From contig JBAZUA010000003.1 of the NCBI GenBank assembly GCA_041661645.1, positions 22,841-86,840 on the forward strand: a DNA stretch of 64,000 nucleotides, read 5' to 3'. Under the pieces are notes generated by a model. The model did not search any database. It was not told where the DNA came from and saw only the letters and a list, made by a program, of their open reading frames with translations. The position numbers and the translations under genes are program-made. The stretch's first letter is position 1; each line of letters begins with the position of its first letter. Origin of the DNA: Minisyncoccota bacterium. Its GTDB lineage: Bacteria > Patescibacteriota > Minisyncoccia > Phycocordibacterales > UBA6065. Positions 38,519 to 48,176 of this stretch are shown piece by piece.

Positions 38519-38953
38519 ATGGAAAGCAAGATTATCATTTCTCCAATAGACATGGCCGCTCGAAAGAACCTCGAATTGAGGTCCGGCGACACCGTTCGCG
38601 TGTGGCAGAAGATCAAGGAAGGCGAGAAGGCCCGCCTCCAGGCATTCGAGGGCCTCATACTGGCCCGCAAGCACGGCAGCGAGGCCGGCGCGACCTTCAC
38701 GGTCCGCAAGACCATCGACGGCGTCGGCGTAGAGAGGATCTTCCCCCTCTACTCTCCCGTCATCGACGAGATCGAGATCCTCAGACGATCCAAGGTAAGG
38801 CGAGCGAAGCTCTACTTCGTCCGAACCAAGGCCGCAAAGGAAATCCGACGACAGATGCGAAACCTCCGAACCGACAAGACCGCAAACACCGATGTCGTGA
38901 AGAGCACCAAGAAGGCCGTGAAGAAGGAGGAGAAGGCAGAGGTCAAGGCATAA
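38519..38953 (+). CDS. rplS: 50S ribosomal protein L19 with Lys-rich C-terminal extension
   Basis: [13 protein letters not shown]...RIFPLYSP L19 signature. Confidence 0.85.
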   Translation: MESKIIISPIDMAARKNLELRSGDTVRVWQKIKEGEKARLQAFEGLILARKHGSEAGATFTVRKTIDGVGVERIFPLYSPVIDEIEILRRSKVRRAKLYFVRTKAAKEIRRQMRNLRTDKTANTDVVKSTKKAVKKEEKAEVKA

Positions 38954-39041
38954 TCTCAACACAGACGGAAAAATCCCGCAAATGCGGGATTTTTCTTTGG
39001 CCGTTCGGCGCGAGATCTTTATGAGAATTTCATGACTGATT

Positions 39042-39749
39042 TTGTATGATGGGCGAATGGGAAAAAGAGGGCCGAGGCCGAAGGGGAAGGTGAATATAAG
39101 GTGGTCGCCCGACTTCGCCTATGCGATTGGGCTTTTGGCGACGGATGGAAGCCTGTCTAAAAACGGCAGGCACATATCCTTCGTATCAAAGGATATGGAG
39201 CAGATTTCAAATTTCATGAAGTGTCTGAATGTCGAGGTTCATATAGGAAAGACGTTTTCTGGATATGACGGTAACTCCGCGTACAGGGTTCAGTTTTCCG
39301 ACGTGTTGTTTTACCGGTTCCTGAATTCGAACGGCCTTTTAAACAATAAGTCGAAAACCATAGGGGAGATAGCAATTCCACACGAACTTTTCTTCCATTT
39401 CCTGAGAGGGTGTTTCGATGGCGACGGGACGATCTATTCTTATTGGGACAAGCGGTGGAAAAGCAGTTTCATGTTCTATGTTTCGTTTGTCACAGCGAGC
39501 CCTCTCTTTATGGAATGGCTCAGACGGGAAATGCGGGAGAGAATAGGTGTCTCTGGACACGTTAAGAGGGATAAGAGGGCATCCACCCAACAGCTCACGT
39601 ATGCGAAATCAGAGTCCAGAAAAATCCTCGCGGAAATATATAAAGATGCTGATGCGACGTCCCTCTCCCGAAAAAGGTTGAAATCCGAGCGAATCTTATG
39701 TATCATGTCCGAACGAGACAAGCTGAAAGGCGAAATCTTGACAGAGTAA
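39042..39749 (+). CDS. LAGLIDADG homing endonuclease (free-standing, two-motif)
   Basis: AYAIGLLATDGSL (motif 1) and FLRGCFDGDGTI (motif 2), 235 aa. Confidence 0.75.
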   Translation: MYDGRMGKRGPRPKGKVNIRWSPDFAYAIGLLATDGSLSKNGRHISFVSKDMEQISNFMKCLNVEVHIGKTFSGYDGNSAYRVQFSDVLFYRFLNSNGLLNNKSKTIGEIAIPHELFFHFLRGCFDGDGTIYSYWDKRWKSSFMFYVSFVTASPLFMEWLRREMRERIGVSGHVKRDKRASTQQLTYAKSESRKILAEIYKDADATSLSRKRLKSERILCIMSERDKLKGEILTE

Positions 39750-39750
39750 T

Positions 39751-39831
39751 GCGCAGGTGGTGGAATGGTATACACGTACGCTTGAGGTGCGTATGCCGTA
39801 AGGCGTGGAGGTTCAAGTCCTCTCCTGCGCA
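39751..39831 (+). tRNA. tRNA-Leu (anticodon GAG), type II
   Basis: Acceptor GCGCAGG/CCTGCGC, anticodon loop TTGAGGT, 13-nt variable arm, T arm GGAGG TTCAAGT CCTCT. Confidence 0.8.
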
Positions 39832-39879
39832 CAAGGGGGAATGGCGGCGGCTGAACTGCCGTCGCCATTTTTCCAAGAT

Positions 39880-39951
39880 GGTGCCTATAGTTTAGTGGTA
39901 AAACTCCGGTTTGTGGAACCGGTATCGAGAGTTCAATTCTCTCTAGGCACC
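39880..39951 (+). tRNA. tRNA-His (anticodon GTG) with G-1
   Basis: G-1 + acceptor GTGCCTA/TAGGCAC + discriminator C; anticodon loop TTGTGGA. Confidence 0.8.
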
Positions 39952-39954
39952 CAA

Positions 39955-39990
39955 GGCCAAAAAAAGTCCCCACAGGGGACTTTTTGCGTC
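39955..39990 (+). terminator. rho-independent terminator after tRNA cluster
   Basis: aaaaagtccccacaggggacttttt. Confidence 0.7.
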
Positions 39991-40059
39991 GGTGGTGGCA
40001 ATTTCCCTCGCTTCTGCTAGTATCCGTCCAGGACAGCAACCTCAAACGCACAAACGCAA

Positions 40060-40689
40060 ATGAACACACCGTCAGTCAGATTCGTCAGCCCGGATGATCC
40101 GATCCTCGTCACGGTCGCCAAGGAAGTCTTTCCGTCCGAGCTCGCCTCGCCGGAACTCGCCGAGGACATCGCCACGATGCTCAAGGCGGCATACGGCGAG
40201 CAGAGGGACGCCGCGAAGCCCCTCCTCGTCGGCCTCGCCGCGCCCCAGATCGGCATCTCGAGGAGGATAATCCTCGTCGACGTCGCGGCGGACGGGAAGG
40301 GGAGGGTCGGGGACCTCCGCCTCTACATCAACCCCGAAATCGTCTGGAGCTCCGAGGAGAGGGCCGAGTGGTACGAGGGCTGCTTCTCGACCAGTCGCGT
40401 CTGCGGCATCGTGTCGCGCCCCGTGAGCATCAGGGTCCGCGCCATCACCGCGAGGGGCGTCCTGCCCGTCGAGGAGGAATACTCGGGCTACACGGCCCGC
40501 ATCTTCCAGCACGAGATCGACCACCTGAATGGCAGGGAGTTCACGTCGCACATCACGAACGACGACCACCTGCACTGGGTGGAGAGGGACGAGTTCCCCG
40601 CCTACCGCAACGGCGAGGGGTGGAGAAACTGGCCCAGGAAGTGCTCCAGGGCGAGGTGGGAGGAGATCAAGGGGAAGAAGTGCTGCTAG
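40060..40689 (+). CDS. def: peptide deformylase
   Basis: GLAAPQIG, EGCFS, HEIDHLNG motifs. Confidence 0.85.
   Translation: MNTPSVRFVSPDDPILVTVAKEVFPSELASPELAEDIATMLKAAYGEQRDAAKPLLVGLAAPQIGISRRIILVDVAADGKGRVGDLRLYINPEIVWSSEERAEWYEGCFSTSRVCGIVSRPVSIRVRAITARGVLPVEEEYSGYTARIFQHEIDHLNGREFTSHITNDDHLHWVERDEFPAYRNGEGWRNWPRKCSRARWEEIKGKKCC
40647..40689 (+). repeat. def 3' end (last 13 codons + stop), copy 1 of a 43-nt duplicated segment
   Basis: 39/43 identical to 55872-55914; similarity continues weakly through downstream terminators. Confidence 0.8.
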
Positions 40690-40753
40690 TTGGCGATTTC
40701 CATATTCAAGGCGCGACCGAAAAACAGTCGCGCCTTTTTATTTACTAAAAACC

Positions 40754-40781
40754 GTTCTAACAACCTCCACCACGGCACCCA
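40754..40781 (+). repeat. 28-nt intergenic repeat copy A (GTTCTAACAACCTCCACCACGGCACCCA)
   Basis: Immediately after def terminator hairpin, 33 nt before next start. Confidence 0.8.
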
Positions 40782-40813
40782 ACGAGTTGACGGATCACCG
40801 TAATTAGCCCATC

Positions 40814-41374
40814 ATGCTTTCTATGAACTTTGCAATACCTGTAAGAGATGGCCTAGAGCTTCGCTTGAGGTCAGAAACGGATGCCGAGGCTTTCTTTGGG
40901 CTCACGGACAAGAATCGTGGCTATCTTAGGCGTTGGCTTCCATGGGTTGACGCCACCGTCACAGTCGAGGACACTCGAAAATACATCCGATCGGTTATCG
41001 AAAGGTTTGAGAAACGAGAAGGCATCGACCTGGGGATCTGGTATGACGGTCAGTGGGTCGGCTCGATAGGTTTTCACTATTGGGATAAGTCCAACAGGAA
41101 AGATACCGTCGGATACTGGCTCGCCGAAGATTTTCAGGGCAAAGGCATCATTACGGATGCGGTCCGTGCTCTTGTTGCGTATGGTTTTCAGACCATGGAC
41201 CTGAATCGCATCGAGATTCTTTGCGCGGTCGAGAACGCCAGAAGCCGTGCGGTTCCAGAACGGCTCGGGTTCAAGAACGAGGGCGTGACCCGGGAGTGCG
41301 AGTGGCTTTATGACCACTTCGTAGACCCAGTTACCTACAGCCTCCTTCGAAGCGAGTGGAAACCGAACAGATAG
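40814..41374 (+). CDS. GNAT family N-acetyltransferase (RimJ/RimL-like)
   Basis: GNAT motifs A/B (QGKGIITDAVRALVAYGF, RAVPERLGFKNEG). Confidence 0.8.
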   Translation: MLSMNFAIPVRDGLELRLRSETDAEAFFGLTDKNRGYLRRWLPWVDATVTVEDTRKYIRSVIERFEKREGIDLGIWYDGQWVGSIGFHYWDKSNRKDTVGYWLAEDFQGKGIITDAVRALVAYGFQTMDLNRIEILCAVENARSRAVPERLGFKNEGVTRECEWLYDHFVDPVTYSLLRSEWKPNR

Positions 41375-41428
41375 TTCAGACCTGCATAGCGAGAAATTGT
41401 TGTGCGGGCTTTTTATTTGCTTAAAGCG

Positions 41429-41456
41429 GTTCTAACAACCTCCACCACGGCACCCA
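41429..41456 (+). repeat. 28-nt intergenic repeat copy B (exact consensus)
   Basis: Preceded by ctttttatttgcttaaag; shares about 60 nt with copy E. Confidence 0.8.
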
Positions 41457-41517
41457 TTTAAGGATTTTCTTAAAAACGGCCTTATTTAGAGGGCTGTTTT
41501 TAGTTCTAACCAAGCTA

Positions 41518-41546
41518 TTGACAAATATAGATATAGGATATATAAT
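41518..41546 (+). promoter_or_regulatory. consensus sigma70 promoter TTGACA-17-TATAAT
   Basis: Perfect hexamers, 17-nt spacer, about 140 nt upstream of 41685 ORF. Confidence 0.6.
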
Positions 41547-41684
41547 ATAAAAAGATAGAACGTTGAATTGCTTCCATATAGTCATAGCCAAAAGGCCTTG
41601 AAATTCGAGGTTTCCTGGCTATGACTAACACTAGTCCTAGTATGTTCATCTATTAGGTGGGCATAAACATCAACTATCAGTTGT

Positions 41685-42125
41685 TTGGAGGACACTACAA
41701 TGGGCAAATATGGAAAAATTAACCTCGATAGCATCGAAGCTGTGATTAACAAGCTTGGCGGAGAAAAAGGGATTGAACTTTTTCTGACGAATAGCACTAT
41801 GGTTGTTCACCGCTCAATCCTTCGGTCGTGGAAAGATGGGCAACTCCCCGAGGAGCTCGTCAAAGTGAAGCTTGCCGACATCGGTGTTCAGTCGGAGCTG
41901 TTCACAGGTGAGGTCGCTAAACTCGCTGAAGGTTGTGGCTTGGAGCTGGCCATAAGCGAAGATCTCAATGTGTTCCAGTATCAGCCTTTCGGTGTAAAGA
42001 TGCTCGTCTACAATGGAGAAAAAAGCTACCGCTATTTCGAAAAGCACGAGCATGGCAGCAGCACGCAGAGCGCCGATCTGCTACGGTTCGGACCCGATGA
42101 CGAATTCTACTTCTTCAAGAAGTAA
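41685..42125 (+). CDS. hypothetical protein
   Basis: 146-aa ORF downstream of consensus promoter. Confidence 0.5.
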   Translation: MEDTTMGKYGKINLDSIEAVINKLGGEKGIELFLTNSTMVVHRSILRSWKDGQLPEELVKVKLADIGVQSELFTGEVAKLAEGCGLELAISEDLNVFQYQPFGVKMLVYNGEKSYRYFEKHEHGSSTQSADLLRFGPDDEFYFFKK

Positions 42126-42237
42126 GCCGCTCTGAGGATACAGCGTTCAACCTCAACCCCGTACCAAAAGTGCGGGGTTAAATTTTTACATGAACTTAGG
42201 AATATGAACGGCGTTGTCATCCAATCTCTCAAAAGTA

Positions 42238-42265
42238 GTTCTAACATCCTCTGCGACGGCATCCC
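42238..42265 (+). repeat. 28-nt repeat copy H (GTTCTAACATCCTCTGCGACGGCATCCC, degenerate)
   Basis: 21/28 match to consensus; upstream of 42340 ORF. Confidence 0.6.
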
Positions 42266-42339
42266 TCGATGTTATAAAAGCCTTGATTCAACTGGCTATC
42301 TAAGGCGAGAGGGAATTGAACTTGTGATATGATTTTGAC

Positions 42340-42855
42340 ATGGATAGATTACCTACAAATGAGCACGAACCAAGAATGGTCGACCTGTTCAGTCTTGAGA
42401 TGGAAGAAAAATTGAAAACCGAAGGAAAGATATATCACAGGAAAATCGAATCGATACGAGGCGCTGAGCAAGCTACGAGACCTCAGACGATAGAGACTCA
42501 TTTGCCCGATGGGACCCTTGAATCAACCGTTGATGCAAAGGAGGGAGAATGGATAATCACTGGATCTAAGGGGGAGAGGTTCGTGTTCAGTCAGAAGAAA
42601 TTTGACGGGCTCTATGACTCTGATGGAAAGGGAGGATTTGTACCCAAGGAGAGAAGGGTGTTTGCCATGGCCAACTCGTCTGGTGGGGCGGTGAGAATAT
42701 ATGCACCATGGGGCACGTCCGAAAAGCCGGCATATCAAGATGGCAGTGGAAAATGCTTCTTTGTCGCCTCGCTCGATGAAAGTGGAAACTTTACGAGTGA
42801 CAGGTATATCATTGGGGACGAAGAGTTGCTTTTGAGTAATTACGAGCCTGTTTAG
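42340..42855 (+). CDS. hypothetical protein
   Basis: 171-aa ORF. Confidence 0.5.
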   Translation: MDRLPTNEHEPRMVDLFSLEMEEKLKTEGKIYHRKIESIRGAEQATRPQTIETHLPDGTLESTVDAKEGEWIITGSKGERFVFSQKKFDGLYDSDGKGGFVPKERRVFAMANSSGGAVRIYAPWGTSEKPAYQDGSGKCFFVASLDESGNFTSDRYIIGDEELLLSNYEPV

Positions 42856-43000
42856 GGGCTGAATATGAGCTCTGTTTAGTAGGAAACAGCCTTGTTTTTT
42901 AGGTGTCATATAAGAGTTGCAAATAAAGGGATCGGGTATAGTATCCAATAAAGGAAAATGAAGCACCCCGCTTCATAAACAGACAGGACCTTAAAAACAT

Positions 43001-43492
43001 ATGAAACTCATGAAGAAAGCGAACCCGAGGAGGCCTTTTTATGATGCGGTCTGGCCAGATTGGTGGCATCACCACGGGAGCAAGATACAGGTCGAGGGGC
43101 GAGACGGAAACATCCTCACCCTCTCTGGTAGCGCGGCAAGACTGAGAATCATAAAGACTCCCAATGGAGGGGGTAACAGATTCATCATCGACTACGAGAT
43201 ACAGCACAGTGCCGACGGAAAGACGGCAAGGACTGTTCCCATGACACGAAATGAGCTCATGGCGGCCTTCCGCCTATCCGATAGGACGGGAGTCTTCGGG
43301 GACGGGCTCATTGAAAGATACGGGGCGGAATCGGCCCAACAGGGAGGATATATCCGGTGGGAAAAATTTCTCAACATACCGTGCCCCGGTACTGGCCATG
43401 ATGGCGACCCGAACATATCCCTCGAAGTGGACGAGCGGATACAGAAGGCGGTCAAAGACCTTCTCAAACGCAAGACCATCAGGGGCAAATGA
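43001..43492 (+). CDS. hypothetical protein
   Basis: 163-aa ORF. Confidence 0.5.
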   Translation: MKLMKKANPRRPFYDAVWPDWWHHHGSKIQVEGRDGNILTLSGSAARLRIIKTPNGGGNRFIIDYEIQHSADGKTARTVPMTRNELMAAFRLSDRTGVFGDGLIERYGAESAQQGGYIRWEKFLNIPCPGTGHDGDPNISLEVDERIQKAVKDLLKRKTIRGK

Positions 43493-43570
43493 AAGTCGGC
43501 CTCGGACAGACAAGCCGGACATCGAAAGGTGCCGGCTTTTTTATTTGAGAATAATACTATTATCGAGCGT

Positions 43571-43600
43571 GGCTCCAACAACCTCCACGACGGCACCCCA
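43571..43600 (+). repeat. repeat copy C (GGCTCCAACAACCTCCACGACGGCACCCCA)
   Basis: After terminator-like ggccggcttttttatttg; same ...CCTCCACGACGGCACCCCAAGAAA tail as copy I. Confidence 0.7.
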
Positions 43601-43644
43601 AGAAAAAGAGCTTGTGACGTATCGCTACGTCACAAGCCCTGTGT

Positions 43645-44754
43645 TTACTTTCGCAACTGTTCGATCGACCGTCTCAAGTTATTCCGGGCAGTACTTTCGT
43701 ACTTGTCTCGGAATAACTCTGTCGAGTAGATCGAAGGACGATCCAGAAAGGACTGGAGGATCTTAGATCGACCTGCGCAGAAGTCAGATTGTGGAACCCA
43801 CTCGTACTCCTTACGGATTCCGACTTCATACGCATCGAACTCCTTCTCTGGTTTTCCAAGGACCATGAGGTCAATGTCTACCAGAATCTGAGCGGCATGT
43901 TCAACCGGAACAGCTGTGTGCCTGGTGGCCACGACCAAATCATTGACCTGTTCACCCAACGAATCGGGCAAACCAATCTTTTTGATAGAGTCTTTAGCCA
44001 ACTTCGCACTCTGTTCCTCGTTATCCTTTGCTTTTTGGTCGTAGACGGCATCATGGAACCAGATTGCCAATGCAATGGCCAAATCGTTTTCGCCTGCCAG
44101 TTCGAGTTCATCGAGCGCGGCAACGATGTGGGCAATGTTGTGGTAGCCTCGATGAGGTTCACTATATCGTGTCAGGAGATCTTTCAGGACCGTTTCCGAT
44201 CCTTTGGGATTTCCCAATGCCGACATGAGTGTTGCCCAGTACTTCTGGGCCTTCCCAAGAATGAATTTCTCCTTGAGCTTGGTTACAACTGCCGCAGGCA
44301 CTGAGCGAGCCACTTGGCACTCCCACTCGGGATCGATTCCGACGTGGCCCTTTACCATGCTTGAACTCACATGCATGAGGTTCGGCAGGCAAGGGACCCA
44401 GACGGTTTCGATCTGTGGGCAGATCCTACGATTTTCTTCGGCCAGCGTCTGCTCGTCCTCGAGGTCTTTGAAGTTTCGCAGACCCCGGACGATGACTTGA
44501 GCGCCGATAGATTCGGCTTGCTTCACGACGTAATGGCCGATGCACACATCAACTGAAACATTCGGAAGCTGTGCTACAGCCGCCTTCGTCATACCCACTC
44601 GCTCCTCGGGAGTGAATGCGTACGTTTTTCGGGAATCCACCGCCACGAGAACGATGAGTTCGTCGTAGAGTGGTGCCATTCGTTCGATGACATTGATGTG
44701 ACCGTTGGTGATTGGATCAAGGCTTGCTGCATATACTGCTTTTCGTGCTTTCAT
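43645..44754 (-). CDS. coaD: phosphopantetheine adenylyltransferase (CoaD) fused to C-terminal HD-domain phosphohydrolase
   Basis: N-term SLDPITNGHINVIERM (PPAT HxGH-like); C-term YHNIAHIV...WFHDAVYD HD motifs. Confidence 0.7.
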   Translation of the reverse strand: MKARKAVYAASLDPITNGHINVIERMAPLYDELIVLVAVDSRKTYAFTPEERVGMTKAAVAQLPNVSVDVCIGHYVVKQAESIGAQVIVRGLRNFKDLEDEQTLAEENRRICPQIETVWVPCLPNLMHVSSSMVKGHVGIDPEWECQVARSVPAAVVTKLKEKFILGKAQKYWATLMSALGNPKGSETVLKDLLTRYSEPHRGYHNIAHIVAALDELELAGENDLAIALAIWFHDAVYDQKAKDNEEQSAKLAKDSIKKIGLPDSLGEQVNDLVVATRHTAVPVEHAAQILVDIDLMVLGKPEKEFDAYEVGIRKEYEWVPQSDFCAGRSKILQSFLDRPSIYSTELFRDKYESTARNNLRRSIEQLRK

Positions 44755-45353
44755 GACTGAACTCCTTTCTGTTGTTTGAGGTTGTGATAGAGATCGCTCA
44801 CTCTATCTTCGAGTTGGTTCAAGCTACAGTCTGTGTGAATCACGAACTGAGCCCGCTGTTCTTTTACCGACGATGGAAGTTGCTGATCAAGTCTGGCTTG
44901 TATCTGAACATCGTCCGTATGTCGGTTGTCTCGCAGTCTTCGAAACTGTTCGTGAGGATTGCAGGTCGCCACAATGATCGCGGCAAACTTGCCTTCACTG
45001 CCTGTTTCAAAAATGATAGCTGATTCCACTACGCAGATTTTGCTATCACCGGCCGAAGCAACTCTTTCATCTACAGTTGCCCAGACCAGAGGATGGATCA
45101 GAGTCTCAAGCAGCCTTTTCTTTTCAGGTTTCTCGAAGATGATCCTTGCAATTGTCTGGAAGTCTGCCTTTTCGTCCAGGAAGACGTTTGTGCCTAAGAT
45201 CGTATTGATTTGTTGTCTGTGGTCGTTGCCCGAGATAATCTCTTTCGCAATACGATCACAGTCTAGAATCAGTACATCCGGGAACTTTCCGAGTAGGGTA
45301 GCTATAGTGCTCTTGCCGCAGCCTATATTGCCCGTAAGTCCGAATGGCTTCAT
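44751..45353 (-). CDS. coaE: dephospho-CoA kinase
   Basis: GLTGNIGCGKST P-loop, CoaE-like. Confidence 0.8.
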   Translation of the reverse strand: MKPFGLTGNIGCGKSTIATLLGKFPDVLILDCDRIAKEIISGNDHRQQINTILGTNVFLDEKADFQTIARIIFEKPEKKRLLETLIHPLVWATVDERVASAGDSKICVVESAIIFETGSEGKFAAIIVATCNPHEQFRRLRDNRHTDDVQIQARLDQQLPSSVKEQRAQFVIHTDCSLNQLEDRVSDLYHNLKQQKGVQS

Positions 45354-45417
45354 AAGGTATCCTTTCTTTTCAAGGTTCTGTTCCGTGTCATCTTCGTCCT
45401 TTTGACAAATATAGTCA

Positions 45418-46212
45418 ATGGTGTATAATAACCGTTATACAAATATGCAAGAGCCACGAAAACACCTCATGGACCTCGGTTTAAGTGATTCAGAAGTCAC
45501 TGTTTATTTGGCTATGGTCTCAGGAGCTCGCACGGCTAGAGATCTCGTTAAAGTTACTCGCCTCAAAAGGCCAACTGTTTATTATGCGCTTGGCTGTTTA
45601 GAGAAACGAGGTCTAACCAGTAAGACGGGTCTGGCGGGTGATAAAAGCTTTTCACTTGAACCGATCGAGAAGTTGTCAGTCATTGCTAAAGAGAAGGCGT
45701 TGGAATTTTCTAAACTCCAGAATCACATCGATGAGATGATTCCTGCTTTGGCGGCAACATCATCTCCGGCCAACCAAAAACCAACGGTTGCTTTCTATGA
45801 GGGAGTAGATGCAGTGAAGAATGCGGTTATGGAAATGCTTTACTGCAAAAGTAAGCGAATTAATTCTGTCGTGCCTAAAGAAAACTTTTTCTGGCAGATC
45901 GGACAAGACTTTGTCGAACTCTTTATTGAGGAAAGAGTCAAAAGAAATATTAAAACCAAGAATCTTTGGGAGGTTCCTATAAACAAAGGACTTATAAAAC
46001 AATACTATGAAGGTCTTTCACAGGTTCGAATAGTACCAGAGATCATGCATGGGAAGTTCCAGACCACTATTTTCCTCTACGACAACAAGACGCTGTATGT
46101 ATCTTCAAAAAATAACAGTTACTGCGTTCTTATAACCTCTAAGGAACATACCGATACTATGCAGGCTTGGTTTGATGGGCTTTGGAGTATTTCAAAGGCT
46201 CACGACAGGTAA
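45418..46212 (+). CDS. TrmB family transcriptional regulator (second copy)
   Basis: wHTH TVYLAMVS...RPTVYYALGCLEKRGL, TrmB C-terminal domain. Confidence 0.65.
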   Translation: MVYNNRYTNMQEPRKHLMDLGLSDSEVTVYLAMVSGARTARDLVKVTRLKRPTVYYALGCLEKRGLTSKTGLAGDKSFSLEPIEKLSVIAKEKALEFSKLQNHIDEMIPALAATSSPANQKPTVAFYEGVDAVKNAVMEMLYCKSKRINSVVPKENFFWQIGQDFVELFIEERVKRNIKTKNLWEVPINKGLIKQYYEGLSQVRIVPEIMHGKFQTTIFLYDNKTLYVSSKNNSYCVLITSKEHTDTMQAWFDGLWSISKAHDR

Positions 46213-46291
46213 AAAGTTGAATTACGCTGAAACTGCCACACTTTGCATGTCAGGAATGTAGATCGTCGCATCATTCCTTTTCTCAAAAATA

Positions 46292-46319
46292 GTTCTAACT
46301 TTCTCTACGACGGCACCCA
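46292..46319 (+). repeat. repeat copy D (GTTCTAACTTTCTCTACGACGGCACCCA)
   Basis: 22/28 match to consensus. Confidence 0.65.
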
Positions 46320-46534
46320 ACGTAATAAGGAGGTTTAGGTGGGGAGAGTGATACGCTGTTCCGAATAGCTTGACAAAAACGAATTTAGTTGCAATATGAG
46401 CATTGCAAGCTCTTTAAATCTATTTGAAAGTAGCCCTCTGTACCCCGCGGATATAGGTGGCTGCTTTCAAAGAATTGGTTATCCAATTCACTCTAGGCAT
46501 TCCGCCAAAAGTTCTATGGCAGCAAGGAGAAACC

Positions 46535-47068
46535 ATGAAGAAGATAGTCAAAACTACTGTCCTCTGGAGATTCAGTCTGGCTCCAGTGGACATGCGGCAG
46601 GATAGACGGGTTTTCGTTCCATCACCTGATGGAAACCGTGCTCAGGATTTAATCCTGGGTGAGATTATTATCGAGTCCTTGTTCAAACCCCACCCGGCTG
46701 GAGGACGGTGCGTGTATGTGAGGGTCAACGGTATTCGTCCTGGCGGTAAAGAGGTATATACCGATCGATTCATTGGTGCGGGTAGAATGTCATGCGGTGT
46801 TTCGGAAAAACGCTATGTGAGCGAGGCCAGTGGCTTTTATTGGTCTTTACATCGCGGGGAGGAGTTCCTTGATGGCGCCCTGAGGATTGGTCAGTTGATA
46901 CTGGAAAAGCTTGGGGCAAAGTGCAAATCAGATTGGCTAACCCACGAGCGGGTGCTCGGCAACTTCACCATCACTCAAAGCACCTACGTTCTCATGAGTG
47001 GCCGTGTCTGGCGACCGATCGAATACTACCTATGTGTGAAAAATGGGTGGGAATGGACTGGTCCTTGA
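46535..47068 (+). CDS. hypothetical protein
   Basis: Start at MKKIVKTT with AGGAGA SD 5 nt upstream; longer ORF from 46457 less likely. Confidence 0.45.
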   Translation: MKKIVKTTVLWRFSLAPVDMRQDRRVFVPSPDGNRAQDLILGEIIIESLFKPHPAGGRCVYVRVNGIRPGGKEVYTDRFIGAGRMSCGVSEKRYVSEASGFYWSLHRGEEFLDGALRIGQLILEKLGAKCKSDWLTHERVLGNFTITQSTYVLMSGRVWRPIEYYLCVKNGWEWTGP

Positions 47069-47136
47069 ACTTCGCCGCCTCATCAATCAATCAGCCCGTC
47101 GCTTCACCGCGGCGGGCTTTTTATTTGCTTAAAACA

Positions 47137-47164
47137 GTTCTAACAACCTCCACCACGGCACCCA
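47137..47164 (+). repeat. repeat copy E (exact consensus)
   Basis: Preceded by terminator gcttcaccgcggcgggcttttt. Confidence 0.8.
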
Positions 47165-47233
47165 TTTAAGAATTTTTATAAATTAAGCTTTTGTGGCTTT
47201 GTATAATTAGTTCTAACCGAGTAGAATTTATAT

Positions 47234-47893
47234 ATGATATCTACACCAAAGAGATCCGAGCAATATGACGACATTGGTAACTCCTACATCTCTGAAAAAG
47301 ATAATTTTTTCAGTCAGATTAGCGATCCTGGCAAAGAGGCCATTCTTGATTTTCTAAGGGGTCAAAAAGATAAGGAGGGGGTTGATGTTGGTTGTGGGGG
47401 CGGGCAAGACACAAAAGCATATTTAAATACAGAAATAAAAAGCATCATCGGAGTTGACCCATCTGATGTAATGGTAAAAGAGGCTCAGAGACTATTGGGG
47501 AGTGACGGGGCTTTATTGGGCAGTTGGACTGATTTGCCGTTTTCAGATGATTCAAAAGACTTTCTGATTGGCAGATTCTCTTTGCATTATGTAGAGGATG
47601 TTTCTGCTGCGTATAAAGAAGGGGCTCGTGTATTAAGGCGAAAGGGAAAACTCATCATGATTCTGCCTGATCCAAAAGCAGACCCTGTTGTAATTGAAGG
47701 GGGAAAAGAGATGGTTAAGACCCCTATCTTTGGCGGCAAGGTGATAGTTACATATCCGAGACACAGAAAAGACGAATATTTTTCAGATACATTCAATAAC
47801 TTATTCAAGCTTATCAATGAAGAAGCATACGCAAGCCCTGAACGTAATTTAGGTTTCACAGATACTCTTATCGTTATTGCTGAAAAAAGGTAG
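47234..47893 (+). CDS. class I SAM-dependent methyltransferase
   Basis: Motif I VDVGCGGGQD; TATAAT at 47202 and GTTCTAACC box in leader. Confidence 0.75.
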   Translation: MISTPKRSEQYDDIGNSYISEKDNFFSQISDPGKEAILDFLRGQKDKEGVDVGCGGGQDTKAYLNTEIKSIIGVDPSDVMVKEAQRLLGSDGALLGSWTDLPFSDDSKDFLIGRFSLHYVEDVSAAYKEGARVLRRKGKLIMILPDPKADPVVIEGGKEMVKTPIFGGKVIVTYPRHRKDEYFSDTFNNLFKLINEEAYASPERNLGFTDTLIVIAEKR

Positions 47894-47943
47894 ATTAAAA
47901 TGTGGAAATACAAATTGTTCAATCATCCATTTTTTTAAACACA

Positions 47944-47971
47944 GTTCTAACAACCTTCACCACGGCACCCA
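47944..47971 (+). repeat. repeat copy F (GTTCTAACAACCTTCACCACGGCACCCA)
   Basis: 27/28 match to consensus. Confidence 0.8.
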
Positions 47972-48056
47972 ATTTATAATTAGCGGTCTCTAGCCCTTCA
48001 TTTAGGGAGTTAATATAAACCCTATTTCAGTGGGGAATGGCCTTGCTTCTTTAGTG

Positions 48057-48085
48057 TTGACAGATAGCTAATCTGGGTGTATAAT
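48057..48085 (+). promoter_or_regulatory. consensus sigma70 promoter TTGACA-17-TATAAT
   Basis: Perfect hexamers; about 90 nt upstream of 48177 ORF. Confidence 0.6.
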
Positions 48086-48176
48086 ATTAAGCAAGTGGCT
48101 CTTTAAAAGAACCTTTGGGTTATTGGAGAAAAAATATGAGGCATGACGCTTCGTATGTTTTCTCACACTAACTCAA

